A stretch of 64,000 nucleotides of DNA from the human T2T-CHM13v2.0 reference genome, Homo sapiens. Where the stretch lies: NCBI RefSeq assembly GCF_009914755.1, contig NC_060925.1; one strand, given 5' to 3'. Shown in pieces: positions 48,800 to 62,169 of this stretch. How positions within the stretch are numbered: the stretch's first letter is position 1; each line of letters begins with the position of its first letter. A model generated the notes under the pieces. It saw nothing but the letters and a program-made list of their open reading frames with translations, did no database searches and was not told the DNA's origin. A program made the translations under genes and the position numbers.

Positions 48800-49200
48800 A
48801 TATTGCTCAAACACACATGCTGTATAATTTGTGCAGTTAATGCAATTATTACAGAGTGCTGAGGCGATATACATCCTTCTCAGCTGCCAGGATTAAGAGA
48901 TTAAAGACAGGCATAGGAAATCACAAGGGTATTGATTGGGGAAGTGATAAGTGTCCGTGAAATCTTTACAATTTATGTTTAGAGATTGCAGTAAAGACAG
49001 GCATAAGAAATTATAAAAGTATTAATTTGGGGAACTAATAAGTGTCCATAAAATCTTCACAATCCACATTCTTCTGCCATGGCTTCAGCCGGTCCCTCCG
49101 TTTGGGATCCCTGACTTCCAGCAACAGGACACAGCCCTTGCCCATAAGAATGTTACAATCTAATAGGAAAATATACCTAAAATAGTATATGCTACATGCT

Positions 49201-49254
49201 AAATTAGTAATATAAACACCACTTTTAAAATTAGTAATATGAACACCACTTTTA
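49201..49254. repeat. 27-bp tandem duplication
   Basis: aaattagtaatat(a/g)aacaccactttta, two copies. Confidence 0.9.
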
Positions 49255-49273
49255 CCTGCAAACTCAGAGATAG

Positions 49274-49663
<390 letters not shown>

Positions 49664-49704
49664 CATGGAGTTATTATAGGGATGTTCTCTCTTGATCCCC
49701 AGGT

Positions 49705-50359
49705 CAGTGGTGTCCAAAGTAAGTATGGGTACCTGATATCGTTTGGATGTCCCCTCCAGATCTCATGTTAAGTTGTAATCCTCAATGTTGGAGGTGGAGG
49801 CTGGTGGGAGGTGTTTGGATCATGGCAGCAGATCCCTCATGAGCTTGGTGCTGTCCTGGCGATAGTGCCTTGAGTTCTTGTGAGATCTGTTTTTTTAAGT
49901 GTGTGGCACTTCCCCCACACTCTCTCTCTTACTCCTGCTTTCACCATGTGAGGTGCCTGCTCCCTCTTCACCTTCCACCATGAGTAAAAGTTCCCTGAGG
50001 CCTTCCCAGAAGCCAAGCAGATGCCGGCACCATGCTTGTACAGCCTGCAGAAGCATCAGCCAATCACACCTCTTTTCTTTATAAATTACCCAGTCTCAGT
50101 TATTTCTGTATAGCAATGCAAAACAGCCTGGGATAATACTCTAGCAGGTGCACAAAGTAATCATGCTGCTGCAGAAATAAAATATTGTAACAAGTTTATA
50201 TTTTTAATGTATCCTTTTACATTTTATTTTTGCATATATTTTATAACATATGACAATGATTCCATAGTAAATGTTTATATTTACAAAAATAATGTATTTT
50301 ATTGGGGGTGCATGCTCAAAAAGTTTTAACACATGGATGTGAAAAAAGTTTGAAAACTG
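49705..50359. mobile_element. hAT-Charlie-type DNA transposon, interrupted by an MST LTR
   Basis: Terminal cagtggtgtccaaa and aaagtttgaaaactg; internal gggggtgcatgctcaaaa. Confidence 0.5.
49734..50139 (+). mobile_element. MST solo LTR (MSTB-like)
   Basis: tgatatcgtttggatgtcccctcc...ccagaagccaagcagatgccggcaccatgcttgtacagcctgcagaa...tataaattacccagtctcag. Confidence 0.88.
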
Positions 50360-50870
50360 TGGAGTTCATTTATCCCCCATCTGTAGGCCCAGGCTCCTGG
50401 ATCGTCTTTGTTCCATCTTTGGGCAGTTTAGATATGTCTCAGCAACTCTAAGCTCACCCAACTGTCTCACTCCTCATCCCTGTTCAGCAAAGAGAGGACC
50501 CTCAAATGACCTGCGTCCTTCCTTCTTAAAAGGTAGCCTGCAATTATATGACATTTTTCCCCCTTTTATGTCACAGACGGATGAGGAGGCAGACACATAG
50601 GTGAAGTAATTTGTCCAACATTATAGGACTAGTATTACTAAAGTGCTTTGAGAAATAAAACAAAACAAAACAACCATGATATTGGCTGATGTGTTTTACT
50701 AGTAAGAAACTGGCCAAAGTTTTTAGTGGAAAAGCAAAAATTGACAAAACCTGTTGTTACAAGAATAATTAAAGCCATGAGATACACATAACAGGGTAAA
50801 TGAATCAGCATAACCAATGACTACTCATGGAATTTTGTAGTCATGGAGGCCCTAGTTAAAATCCTGACCT

Positions 50871-51181
50871 GGGACCAGGCATGGTAGCTCATACCTGTGG
50901 TCCCAGCACTTTGGTAGGCCAAGGTGAGAAGATTGCTTGAGGCCAGGGGCTCAAGGCCAGCCTGGGAAATATAGCAAGACCCCATCTCTACAAAAAATAA
51001 AAAAAATGTAGCTGGGCATAGTGGTGTGTGTCTGTAGTCCCAGGTACTTGGGAGGCTGAGGTGGGGGTTGGCTTGAGCCCAGGAGTTCAAAATTTCAGTG
51101 AGCAATGATCATGCCCATGCACTCCAGCCTGGGCAAGAGAAGAAGACCCTGTCTGAAAAAGACAAAAAAAAAAAAAAAAAA
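50871..51181 (+). mobile_element. AluJ
   Basis: Sense dimer with A-tail. 13-bp TSD aaaatcctgacct at 50858-50870 and 51182-51194, at a tt|aaaa site. Confidence 0.95.
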
Positions 51182-51244
51182 AAAATCCTGACCTTGCCAC
51201 TCCATAGCTCTCAGACCTAAGCAGTTACAAAAACTGTTTAAGCA

Positions 51245-51677
51245 TATCTGGTGCTGTTCTTGAATTGCAAGGAATAGAAACTAGCTCTGGCTAACATAAA
51301 TACCTCCAAAAGGAATTTGTTGGGAGGGAACAGGGTCATTCACAGAATAAAAGGAAGAGCTGAAACTCAAGCTGTGTAAAGAGACAGAGTCTAGGAAAGT
51401 TCCAAGGATCTTGATAGTGACATTAAGCCTCTTATATCTTTAGGATACTCAGCTCTGACAACTCCACTGTAGCCGCTTTTGAGTCCTGGGATGCATCTTC
51501 ATTCAAATTTAAGTTCTCAGGATAGGGATTCTACTTGGCCTGTTCTGATCATGTGCCTATTCCCGTGGTCCTGTGTCTTGATAAAGCTGAGATGGAAACC
51601 CTAGTGGTTTACAGATTAGGGGAAAGGTTGATTCTCAAGGGAAGGAAAGCTAAGCAGACCAAAATAAGTCCTGTCTA
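51245..51677 (-). mobile_element. MaLR LTR, MLT1J/K-like
   Basis: ttgcaaggaatagaaactagctctggctaac...aaaaggaatttgttgg...tcaggatagggattctacttggcc. Confidence 0.65.
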
Positions 51678-51837
51678 CAGGTGTAGTTGTTTTATCGCAC
51701 TTTGCTTTGCAGTGCTTTGCAGATATTGTATCCTTTACAAATTGAAGATTCGTGGCAATCCTGTGTTGAGCAAGTTCTATTGGTGCCATTTTCCAACAGC
51801 ACATGCTCACTTTGTGTCTTCATGTCATTTAAAAAAA

Positions 51838-52224
<387 letters not shown>

Positions 52225-52435
52225 TAATCTGTGATCAGTGATTTTTGATGTTGCGTTGTAATCTTTTTGGTGTGCCACAAACCACATTTACATAAGATGG
52301 CAAATTTAATCCATAAATGTGTGTGTTCTGACTTCTCCACCAACTGGCTGTTTCTTTACCTCTTTCCCGTTCCTTGGGCCTCCTTGTTCCCTAAGACCCA
52401 ACAATATTGAAATTAGGCCAATTAATAATCCTACA

Positions 52436-53900
52436 ATGGCCTCAATGTGTTCAAGGGAAAGGAAGAGTCACATGTCCTTCACTTTAAATCAAAAGCTAGA
52501 AATGATTAAGGATTGTAAAGACAGTATGTCAAAAGCTGAATTAGTGAAACTTAGGCCTTGTGCACCAAACAGCCAAGTTGTGAATGCAAAGGAAAAATTC
52601 TTGAAGAAAATTAAGGCCAGGTGCAGTGGTTCATGCCTGTAATCCCAGTACTTTGGGAGGCTGAGGGTGACAGATCACTCAAGTCCAGAAGTTTGAGACC
52701 AGCCTGGCCAACATGGTGAAACTCATCTCTACTAAAAATACAAAAATTAGCTGGGCATGGTGGCGTGTGCCTGTAATCCCAGCTACTCAGGAGGCTGAGA
52801 TGGGAGAATCACTTGAATCCAGGAGGTGGAGGTTGCAGTGAGCTGAGATCATGCCACTGTACTCCAGCCTGGGTGACAGAGCAAGACTGTGTCTTAAAAA
52901 TAATAATAATTATTAAAAGTGCTACTTCAGAACACACGAATTATAAGTGAAACAGCACTACTGCTGATATGGAGAAAGTTTTAGTGGTCTGGATAGAAAA
53001 TCAAACTAGCCACAACATTCTCTTAAGCAAAAGCCTAATCCAGAGCAAAGCCCTCACTCTCTTTAATTCTATAAAGGCTAAGGGAGGCAAGGAAGCTGCA
53101 GAAGAAAGGTTGAAAGGCAGCAGCAATTGGCTTGTGAGGTTTAGGGAATGAAGCTGCCTTCATACCGTAAAAGTGAAAGGTGAAGCAGCAAGTGCTGATG
53201 TAGAAGCTACAACACATTATCCAGGAGATCCAGCTAAGATCACTGATGAAGGTGGCTACACTAAACAACTGATTTTCAACATAGACAAAGCCTTCTACTG
53301 GAAGAAGATGCCATCTGGCACTTTCATAGCTGCAGAGAAGAAATCAATGTCTGGTTTCAAAGCTTAAAAAAACAGGCAGACACACTTGTTAGGGGCTCAT
53401 TCAGCTGTTGACTTTAAGTTGAAGCCAGTGCTCACTTACTGTTCTGAAAATTCTAGGGCTCTTAAGAGTTATGCTAAATCTACTCTACCTGTATTCTATA
53501 AATGGAACAACAAAGCCTAGATGACAGAATAGCTGCTTATAGCATGGCTTACTGTATGTTTTAAGCTCACTGTTGAGACCTACTGCTCAGAACGAAAAGA
53601 TTCCTTTCAAAATATTACTGCTTATTGATAATGTACCTGGTCACCCAAGAGCTCTGATGGAAAAGTACAATGAGATGAATGTTATTTTCATGCCTGCTAA
53701 CACAACATCCATTCTGTAGCTCATAATCAAGGAATAATTTTGACTTTCAAGTCTTATTATTTAAGAAATACATTTTGTAAGGCTGTAGCTGCCATAGATT
53801 GTAATTCCTTTGATGGATCTGCACAAAGTAAATAGAAAAGCTTCTGGAAAGAATTCACCATTCTAGATACCATTAAGAATATTCATGATTCATGGGAGCA
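52436..53900 (+). pseudogene. Tigger1 pogo-like transposase, disrupted by stops, frameshifts and an Alu
   Basis: Fragments [59 protein letters not shown] and [25 protein letters not shown]. Confidence 0.85.
52615..52912 (+). mobile_element. AluS inside the Tigger1 ORF
   Basis: Sense dimer with (TAA)n tail. Confidence 0.93.
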
Positions 53901-55033
53901 GGTCAAAATATCAACATTAATGACAGTTTGGAAGAAATTGATTCCAACATTATGGATGATGACTTTGAGGGTTTCAATTCATCAATGGAGGAAGTAATTG
54001 AAAATGTAGTAGAAATAACAAGAAAACTAGAATTAGAATCGGAGCTTGAAGATGTGACTGAATTGCTGCAATTTCATGGCAAAACTTGAGCATGTTATTA
54101 GTTGCTTCTTATGGATGAGCAAAGAAAGTGGTGTCTTAGATGAAATCTACTGGTGAAGATGCTATGAACGTTGCTGAATTAAAAACAATGGATTTAGAGT
54201 ATTACATACACAGAGTTGGTAAAGCAGCAGCAGAGTTTGAGAGGATTGACTCCAATTTTTAAAGCTCTACTGTGGGTAAAATGCTATCAAACATCATCTT
54301 CTGCTACAAAAAAGTATTTCATGAAAGGAAGAGTCAATCAACGTGGCAAAGTTCATTGTTATCTTATTGTAAGAAATTGCCACAGCCACCCCAGCCTTCT
54401 GCAACCACTACCCTGATCCATCAACAGCCATCAACATGGAGGCAAAACCCCTCACCAGCAAAGAGATTACAACTCACTGAAGACTCAGAGGATTGTTAGC
54501 ATTTTTAGCAATGAATTATTTTTAAATGAAGATATGTACATTATTGTTTTAGACATAATTTTATTGCACACTTAACAGACAAGTATAGTGTAAACATAAC
54601 TTTAGTATGTACCAGGAAACCAAAAAACATTTGTGTGACTTGCTTTATTGTGATATTTGATTTTTGCAGTGGTCTGGAACTGAACCTGCAATATCTCTGA
54701 AGTACGCCTCTACTGTATCACACTTTACTTACTGTCATCAGGAAAATGGGATTAGAAATTCAGATATCATAGGGTTGTTGTGAAGAGTAATTGAACAAGA
54801 TAATGTTTGCAAAAGTGCTTGATACAAGGCCTGCCACTGATTAAGTATTCTATAATGGTAGCTAGTGTTATGAATTATATAAGATAATATGTTATTATTA
54901 AAATATCAGGCTCTCATTCTTATGTAGAAGTGGCTTTAAGTATAGAAATTTTCTATAGGGATCTATTTGATTGAAAGCCAATGATGGAATGAATATTTGG
55001 AAAGGAATGTGATAATATAATTAATTCAATTAG

Positions 55034-55399
<366 letters not shown>

Positions 55400-57390
55400 T
55401 CGTATTCTTAAACTCTCTGATTCCAAACACAAATTTGCAAAAAATAAAAACATCAAAAATAAAGCATTCGTTTAAATTACCTCCCTCCCCAGTTACTCTT
55501 TCCACAGATCTCGATGTTCTTTTCTTAGTTTTCCTGAACTCTTCAAGGTCTCATGTTTGGTTTGGGAAGGAGGAGTAAATCCTCACTGTGAGGATAAACT
55601 ACTCACAGGAAGTGTCAATAAGGCACTAAAGAGCCAGTCAATTTTGTGAAAAAAACAGTCAACCCTGGTGACAGAATTTTAGTTAATCAATGGAATTTAG
55701 TTAATCAATTCAGTCATTGGACTGAATTAAATGTATTTTTTAAACACCACATCAACATAACCTCGGATTTGGCATTAATTTGTTTCAGGGTTGGTAAACA
55801 GTCTCCAGTTGCACAATTATTACCAGCAAAACATCTTTCTCCCTGCAGTTCATAGTTTGTGATGGACAATGAATATGCATGGAGAGGGAAATGGTGGAGA
55901 TGAGCCTGGAGCTTGTGAACGTGCAGAATCAGTACAGGTAGGATGGGCCGTGGCCCCACTTCTGCTCTGGCAGCATTTTTATTTCCCTTGCAAACTGCTC
56001 ATCTGTGCTCTGGGAAAAGTTATTCCAGAATAAAAAGTCTTGTGGGAAAGAGCCTTGAGCTCGAACAGTTAAAGGACTTGTTCAGGTTCAAGATGACCAG
56101 AAAAATATTCATAGAAGGGCCAGCTGTGCCAGATGCAGAAGAAACAGATGGCTCTTGCATGCGAATGTGGGCGGTGCTTGTATGTATATGGGAAAGGTTC
56201 TTGCTGACAAAGCAAAATGGGAAACTGGAGCAATGAGCTGGGTAATTAAAACAAGAGACCCATTTTTGTCGGTTTAGCTGAGCAATTCAGAAAGGTCTAG
56301 AAGTAAAACAGTTCTGTGATCTGTGGAGGTCCTCTGAGCTGGATTTAGCAATCTCTTCCTCCCACCAGCAGGTCATTGCCTTGAACAGCCTCTCCCTCCC
56401 CTCCCCATTTCACCTGCTCACTGAGTCCTTCAAAACAGACAAACAATACTCCACATAGACCTCCAGAGAACATCCAGGCAGTTCTTTCTCTCCTCCCTCT
56501 TATACCCTTAAAAATAAAACACATTTTCACTAGACATTTTACACATCAGGTATCTTGCTGACAGTAGCTTATGTGGGTATGAAGTAGATGACAATGAACT
56601 GGTGTCTTCCTGTCTGAAAATATGTCAGATATTCAGGGCAGTGGTTTTTACTGTCTTTGGCATTAAACCCTTGGAGAGGACAGCAAAGCAAGAGTTTAGT
56701 AAATGGTAAATTTAGTGAGTGAGTAAACCACAGTTGTATCCAATTTTAAGCCAAGACAAATTTACTATTTACACACATACCCACACTCTCACAGATACAT
56801 ATATTAATACACTAAATACGTGTGTGTGTATTCAGTAGATAAAATGTTTAATAAGGGGTTCTTTAAATAGAAAAGTCCCTGAGTACATTTAAAATATGAT
56901 TTGATTTACAACATGTGACTGAACACAATCTTTGGGGAATGCATTCTTTGCATAAATTGTGGCAAATGTACAAAGATGATGTTTAAATGATAATAAAATC
57001 TTTGGCTGACTAGCAGTTAGCCACATGTATCTTTGGTTTACAAGAAGCTAAACATCCCTAATGGTTTCCAAAATGTATTTCTAAAAGAAAAAACAATGTT
57101 CCTCCAAACAGTCCCTTGGCCCGTCATCCTGGGTGTCCATAATTTGGCCCAAATCTTACCTTTCAAACCTTATTTCTCATTCCTCTCCACCAGTTTTCTA
57201 TTTCTGTTTCTTGCAAGCGAAATGGCTGAGCATTTCAAGGTGCACAAGACATTTACAAAGACCAAGGAGTCAAGGACTGAACCTAAGGATTCTCTGCGGT
57301 TCTGAGGCTGTGGGATTGGAGGAACTGCAGAAATTGAGGGCCCCCATGAGAGGCCATTTCTTCTTATCTCTCTGTCTCTGTCTCTGTATC

Positions 57391-57403
57391 ACACAGACAC
57401 ACA

Positions 57404-57446
<43 letters not shown>
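57391..57446. repeat. Long (CA)n microsatellite preceded by (TC/TG) repeats
   Basis: Read directly; about 20 uninterrupted CA units. Confidence 0.93.
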
Positions 57447-57447
<1 letters not shown>

Positions 57448-58066
57448 AGCAGAGATCCCTATACATTTGTAGAACATATCAGTACCACTGGGTACTGGTA
57501 GTAAGGGAAGAACCCCACCTAATCTGATGCTGGGGAACTAGAACAGATGTCATATGCAGGTCCTACTTTAAAAGATGTATTAACCAAGCAGATCTCAGGG
57601 GTCATTGGCTTGGGTCTTGTGTTAGGGTGGCAGCAACACGGTTTCTGTCTACCTCAGTGGTTGAAGCCTGCCCAGTCTTCTGTTTAGGATCCCCTTTGTT
57701 TGCTGATCTTTGTTTGCTGATCTGCATGGTGCCCACACTACCTTTCAAGCTATCTTGAAGATCGTAGCTTGAATTCTATGTTTGACCATGACACAAGCTC
57801 ATTCTACCTGTCCAACCACACCTTTGTCCTGGGGCAGCGCATCTCCACTGAAATAAACTCTGCCTTACTGACTGAATTCCCATGTTCCTGTTCAAAATCC
57901 CAATATCCAGCCATCCTTCTTGAAACAACCACCTCTACCCTGGATTACAACATCTAGCATGATACTCTTCATAGAAGGGAGTCAGGGAATACTGAGGTAA
58001 ATAAAGTGGCCAATAATTATTTGAGTGAAGAAACAAAACAAAAAAGTATTGTGAAAAATTATCTAT

Positions 58067-58365
58067 GGCCAGGCACGGCAGCTCATGCCTGTAATTCCAG
58101 CACTTTGGGAAGCTGAGGTGGGAGGATTGCTTGAGCCTAGGAGTTTGAGACCAGCCTGGACAACATAGTGAGACCCCATATCTACAAAAAAATTTTTTTA
58201 GTTAGTTGGGCATGGTGATGCACACCTGTAGTCCCAGCTACTTGGGAGGCTGGGATGGGAGGATTGCTTAAGCTCAAGTGTTTGGGGCTACAGTGAGCTA
58301 TGACTGCACCACTGCACACCAGCCTGGGCGACAGAGTGAGACCCTGTCTCAAAGAAAACAAAAAA
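58067..58365 (+). mobile_element. AluJ
   Basis: gggaggattgcttgagcctagg and gtgagctatga J features. Confidence 0.93.
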
Positions 58366-58539
58366 CCTATTTGATAAGTGAATTTTTATATTTTAATTCA
58401 AATATGTTAAAGCCACACAGACCGGTGGTCTGGGCTGCATCTGTGTTCCGTGTTCCTACCTCCCGGAAGCATGTTGAAGAGATGAAGAGACTTTAGGCCT
58501 CTGCTGACTCCTCCTTTGCCTCCCTGGCAAAGTCAATGG

Positions 58540-58700
58540 GTGTGAGATTAGGGTCAGGAGCTTTGGGTGTGGGTTTAACACTCAGTGGAAGCTTTGTGAC
58601 CTGGGTCAAGTTAAATTCTGTGAATCTCAATTGCTTCATTTGCTCATAACATGATTTTGAGGATAAAAGGAGATAATTATGTGAATTGGCTTTGGACATT
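58540..58700 (+). mobile_element. MIR fragment
   Basis: gctttgtgacctgggtcaagttaaattctgtgaatctcaattgcttcatttg. Confidence 0.6.
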
Positions 58701-58829
58701 GTCACTTTCTGCATTTTTTTTTTCTGCTGGTAATTCATAAGCACAAAGAGCTGAAGCTATGGACACCTGAGGGGTCAAGGGGTGTAAGTTCTTATGTCAG
58801 GCAAGACTAAAATCTAAACTGTTCAAGAT

Positions 58830-59164
58830 GATGGCCCTCTGTATCCATGTGTTCTGCATCCCTGGATTCAACCTACTGTGGCTGGAAAAAAAATAATGGG
58901 TGGTTACATCTGTACTGACCATGTACAGGCTTTTTTCTTGTCATTATTCCCTAAACAATATAGTAAAACAACTATTCACATAGCATTTACGTTGTATTAG
59001 GTCTTATAAGTAATCTAGGGATGATTTAAAATATACAGGAGGATGTGTGTAGGTTATGTGCAAATAATACACCATTTTTTATCAGGGACTTGAGCATTAT
59101 GGATTTTGGTATATGCAGGATTCCTGGAACCAATCAATCCCCCATGGATACCAAGGGACAACTG
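58830..59164. mobile_element. Tigger3a/MER7-like MITE
   Basis: Inverted ends ccctctgtatccatg and catggataccaagggacaactg-ta; ttcttgtcattattccctaaacaata core. Confidence 0.85.
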
Positions 59165-60272
59165 TATTTGAAAGTTTCCATAAGTGGAAAATTCACAAAT
59201 ATCTTTGGTAATGTGTTCAGAGGTTTAGTTACTTGAATTTTGGAAAGGCTTTACCTGTAACATAGTTTGTGCTGCCTTTAGGTCCTATAGCATCTATCAG
59301 AAAACTACCAATTAACTCCTAATGTAAAGAAGGCTCTCCCTTTTTGGTCCAAAAGGGTGTGTCTCTAGCTATCCCTTTGGAAGAGCCAGGGCAGTCCTGC
59401 GGTAAGGGGGAAGGTGCAGTGCCAGATGACAGGCTATGGATGGTCACTTCTTGCTGCCCCATGGTCCACCATAGGGATTGTACCCATGGAACAGTCACAG
59501 GGAACACCTGACTTTCCCTGGGGTAACCCCACACTGGACCTCAATAAGATGCAAGACCTTTTTAATGAAGGTCTTTAAATGGTCATTCCAAAGTTGCATA
59601 GAGTGGGAAAGAGGATGGAGGAAGAATTGGCATTTCCCCCAGGTTATTTCTATGGCCTCTCTGGATCACACAAGGTGCCAGGTCTCATCTGCCTAGGCCT
59701 ACTTTACCTTCATGTTTCCCAGGCAATTTGAGGGTACCTTGCAGATTTCTCTTGTTCCTGAAATCTCTATTTACCTCCTACTTCTAAAGGTCCTTGCCCT
59801 TTCACTCCTCCCCACCTGCCTTCAGGATGCCTTCCTTATGGAAAATAAATTCCAGGTCTTCTCTCAGGTATTGTACATTTCACGATCTTTATCACTGAAT
59901 GTTAATGGTGGTATGGTGGGGCACCATCCCTATGTCTGCCTGTCCCTTATGATCTGACCCATGAATGGAGAGGTGGGAACTAGTGGACTTCTTCTCCAGA
60001 CTGGCTAGTTTCCTTGAATGTATTGCAAATCAAACACTACCATGAAGATCAATTTCTTTCCCAACTTCCCTCCTTTTAGTCTGCAGGGGAAGTTGTTATT
60101 CCTCCTATTGTTGTAGCTTTGACTCTCTTTCTTGTGAAATACTTCTGTCAGCTTTATTATGTTGAGGGAGAGCTGATGGCTCCCTCTCTGCCCTAAGTTA
60201 TTTCACAAACCATCTTAAATAAACTTAACACTGAAGAGCACCATGTCTAATTACTTCTTAAACCCTCAGAGG

Positions 60273-60987
60273 AGTCAAAAAACTAAAAATAGAGCTATCA
60301 TATGATCCAGCAATCCCACTACTGGGAATATACCGAAAAGAAAGGAAATCAGTGTATTGGCGAGATACCTGCACTCCTGTGTTTGTTGCAGCACTGATCA
60401 CAATAACCAAAATTTGAAAACAACCTAAGTGTCCATCAACAGATGAATGGATAGAGAAAATGTGATATATGTACAAATGGAGCTCTATTCAGCCACAAAA
60501 AAGAATGAGATCCTGTCATTTACAACAGCATGGGTGGAACTGGAGATCATTATGTTAAATGAAATAAGCCAGGCACAGAAAGACAAACCTCACATGTTCT
60601 CACTTATTTGTGGCATCTAAAAATCACAACAATTGAACTCATGGATCTAGAAAGTAGAAGGATGGTTACCAGAAGCTGTGAAGCATAGTGGGGGTGTTGG
60701 GGGGTGGGAAAGGTCAATGGGTACCAAAAAATAGAAAGAATGAATAAGACCTAGTATTTGATAGCACAACAGGGTGATTATAGTCAATACTAATTTAATT
60801 GTACATTTAAAAGTAACTAAAAGAGTATACCTGGATTGTTTGTAGCACAAAGGATAAATGCTTGAGGAGATGAATACCCCTTTCTCCATGATGTGATAAT
60901 TACACATTGCATGCCTATATCAAAAATCTCATGTACCCCATAAATGTAAACACCTAGTATATACCCCCCAAAATTAAAAATAAATAA
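60273..60987 (+). mobile_element. L1MA (MA2/MA3-like) 3' end, 5'-truncated
   Basis: aaaatagagctatcatatgatccagcaatccc...gaatgaataagacctagtatttgatagcacaacagggtga; cctcagagg duplicated at 60264-60272 and 61025-61033. Confidence 0.9.
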
Positions 60988-61134
60988 GGGTGAAATAAAA
61001 TTTTTTTCAGACAAACAAAAACATCCTCAGAGGTGGATTTGGTGGGTTGTAAGAACAATCTCCATTGGCCCCACCATAGTTATCATTATCATGTGGCTAT
61101 GTGTCAAATATAATAATGATCATTATTATTTTAT

Positions 61135-61875
61135 TCTAATAGCTGTCACTTTTGATTGCTTACTATGTGCCAGGCAGTGACCTAGGAGCTCTACTTGTAT
61201 TATGTGTTAAATAAAAAGTAGAGAAGGCCATTGTTTTGGACTAAGCTCCTGCACTAGCCCTTAACATGAACCAGACTAAAAGTGAAAATTGAGTCACTCA
61301 TGCTAAAGTTTCATGTCATCAAACCTAAACTAAGTTGTTATCTGATCTTGGGAGAAATCAGGAAAGAGATAACAGCCAGTTTCTCAAACAGGCCAGTTTC
61401 CACCTTCAGTCAGCTTAAGGAAGTTCTTTCTGTTTTAACCTGAAGTAACCTAATGTTAACCAGCCAGTCATCATCTTTTTGTTGTCCTGTCGCTCTGTGC
61501 CCACCTTACATGGAAAGTCACTTTGAAATGACCAATCCACTTTTAGTTCTTTGTTTCTGCTTTCTTCAGTCCTTCTGTGTCTGTAAGCCAACCTCTTTGT
61601 TCAGCTCATTGGAACACTTTCTATTTTATGGAATGAGGTGTCACCTGATGCTAGAATTGCAAATAAAGCCAGTTGAGATCTTTCAACTAAATTTGTTGTA
61701 ATTTTATCTTTTGCCATATGCTACTATAATTCATGATAACCCTGTATGGTAAATACTATTGTTACCACCACTTCACAGAGCAGAGCACTGGAGTACAAGG
61801 ACTAAGGGGTTGTGTCCATGGTCATGGCCAACAAGAGGTTGAAACTGTGTTCAAACCCACGTCTGATTAACTCCA
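61135..61875 (-). mobile_element. MIR split by an ERV1 LTR (pieces about 61135-61204 and 61717-61875)
   Basis: tgcttactatgtgccaggcagtg...|taattcatgataaccctgtatggtaaatactattgttaccaccacttcacagag. Confidence 0.7.
61205..61716 (+). mobile_element. ERV1 MER4-group solo LTR (MER67/MER31-like)
   Basis: tgttaaataaaa...ggccattgttttggactaagctcctgcacta...aataaa...ttttgcca. Exact 4-bp TSD tatg at 61201-61204 and 61717-61720. Confidence 0.8.
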
Positions 61876-61876
61876 G

Positions 61877-62169
61877 TGGTTTATCTGTGACTCTGACTAT
61901 AGCTGACATTTCCTAAGGATGGTTGATTGATTTTCAAAAGAACTTTTAGATCCTTGATATTGAAAATACAAGGTGTAGTTATGTGCTCTGGTTAGTGTTT
62001 GAGCAACTATAGCGGTATATCTGGTTTATCTGTTACTCTGACTATAGTTGGCATTTCCTAAGGATGGTCAATTGACTGATTTTCAAAAGAACTTTTAGAT
62101 CCTTGATATTGAAAATACAAGGTGTAGTTATGTGCTGTGGTTAGTGTTTGAGCAACCACAGCTGTTTAC
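61877..62169. repeat. Tandem duplication, two copies of about 145 bp
   Basis: Copies start tggtttatctg at 61877 and 62022; roughly 10 substitutions and one 4-bp indel. Confidence 0.93.

Larger units (their letters stand above)
46797..49126 (-). mobile_element. MER11 solo LTR (ERVK/HML-8 group), interrupted by LTR12C
   Basis: Minus strand starts tgttgctggaagtcagggatcccaaacggagggaccggctgaagccatggc and ends ttccccgata. Exact 6-bp TSD ggacac at 46791-46796 and 49127-49132. Confidence 0.93.
46710..49170 (-). mobile_element. L2 3'-end fragment split by MER11 (pieces about 46710-46796 and 49127-49170)
   Basis: tgtttattgggcacttact...ctgggaatgcaaaaataaataggacac|agcccttgcccataagaatgttacaatcta. Confidence 0.6.

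Noticed and set aside
52319-54499. Domesticated TIGD-like transposase gene
   Set aside because: Multiple stops and frameshifts plus an Alu inside the ORF; an ordinary dead Tigger1.
56637-57490. Possible hAT element (cagtggtt... and ...taccactg ends)
   Set aside because: The inverted ends are too short and there is no 8-bp TSD; family not assignable.
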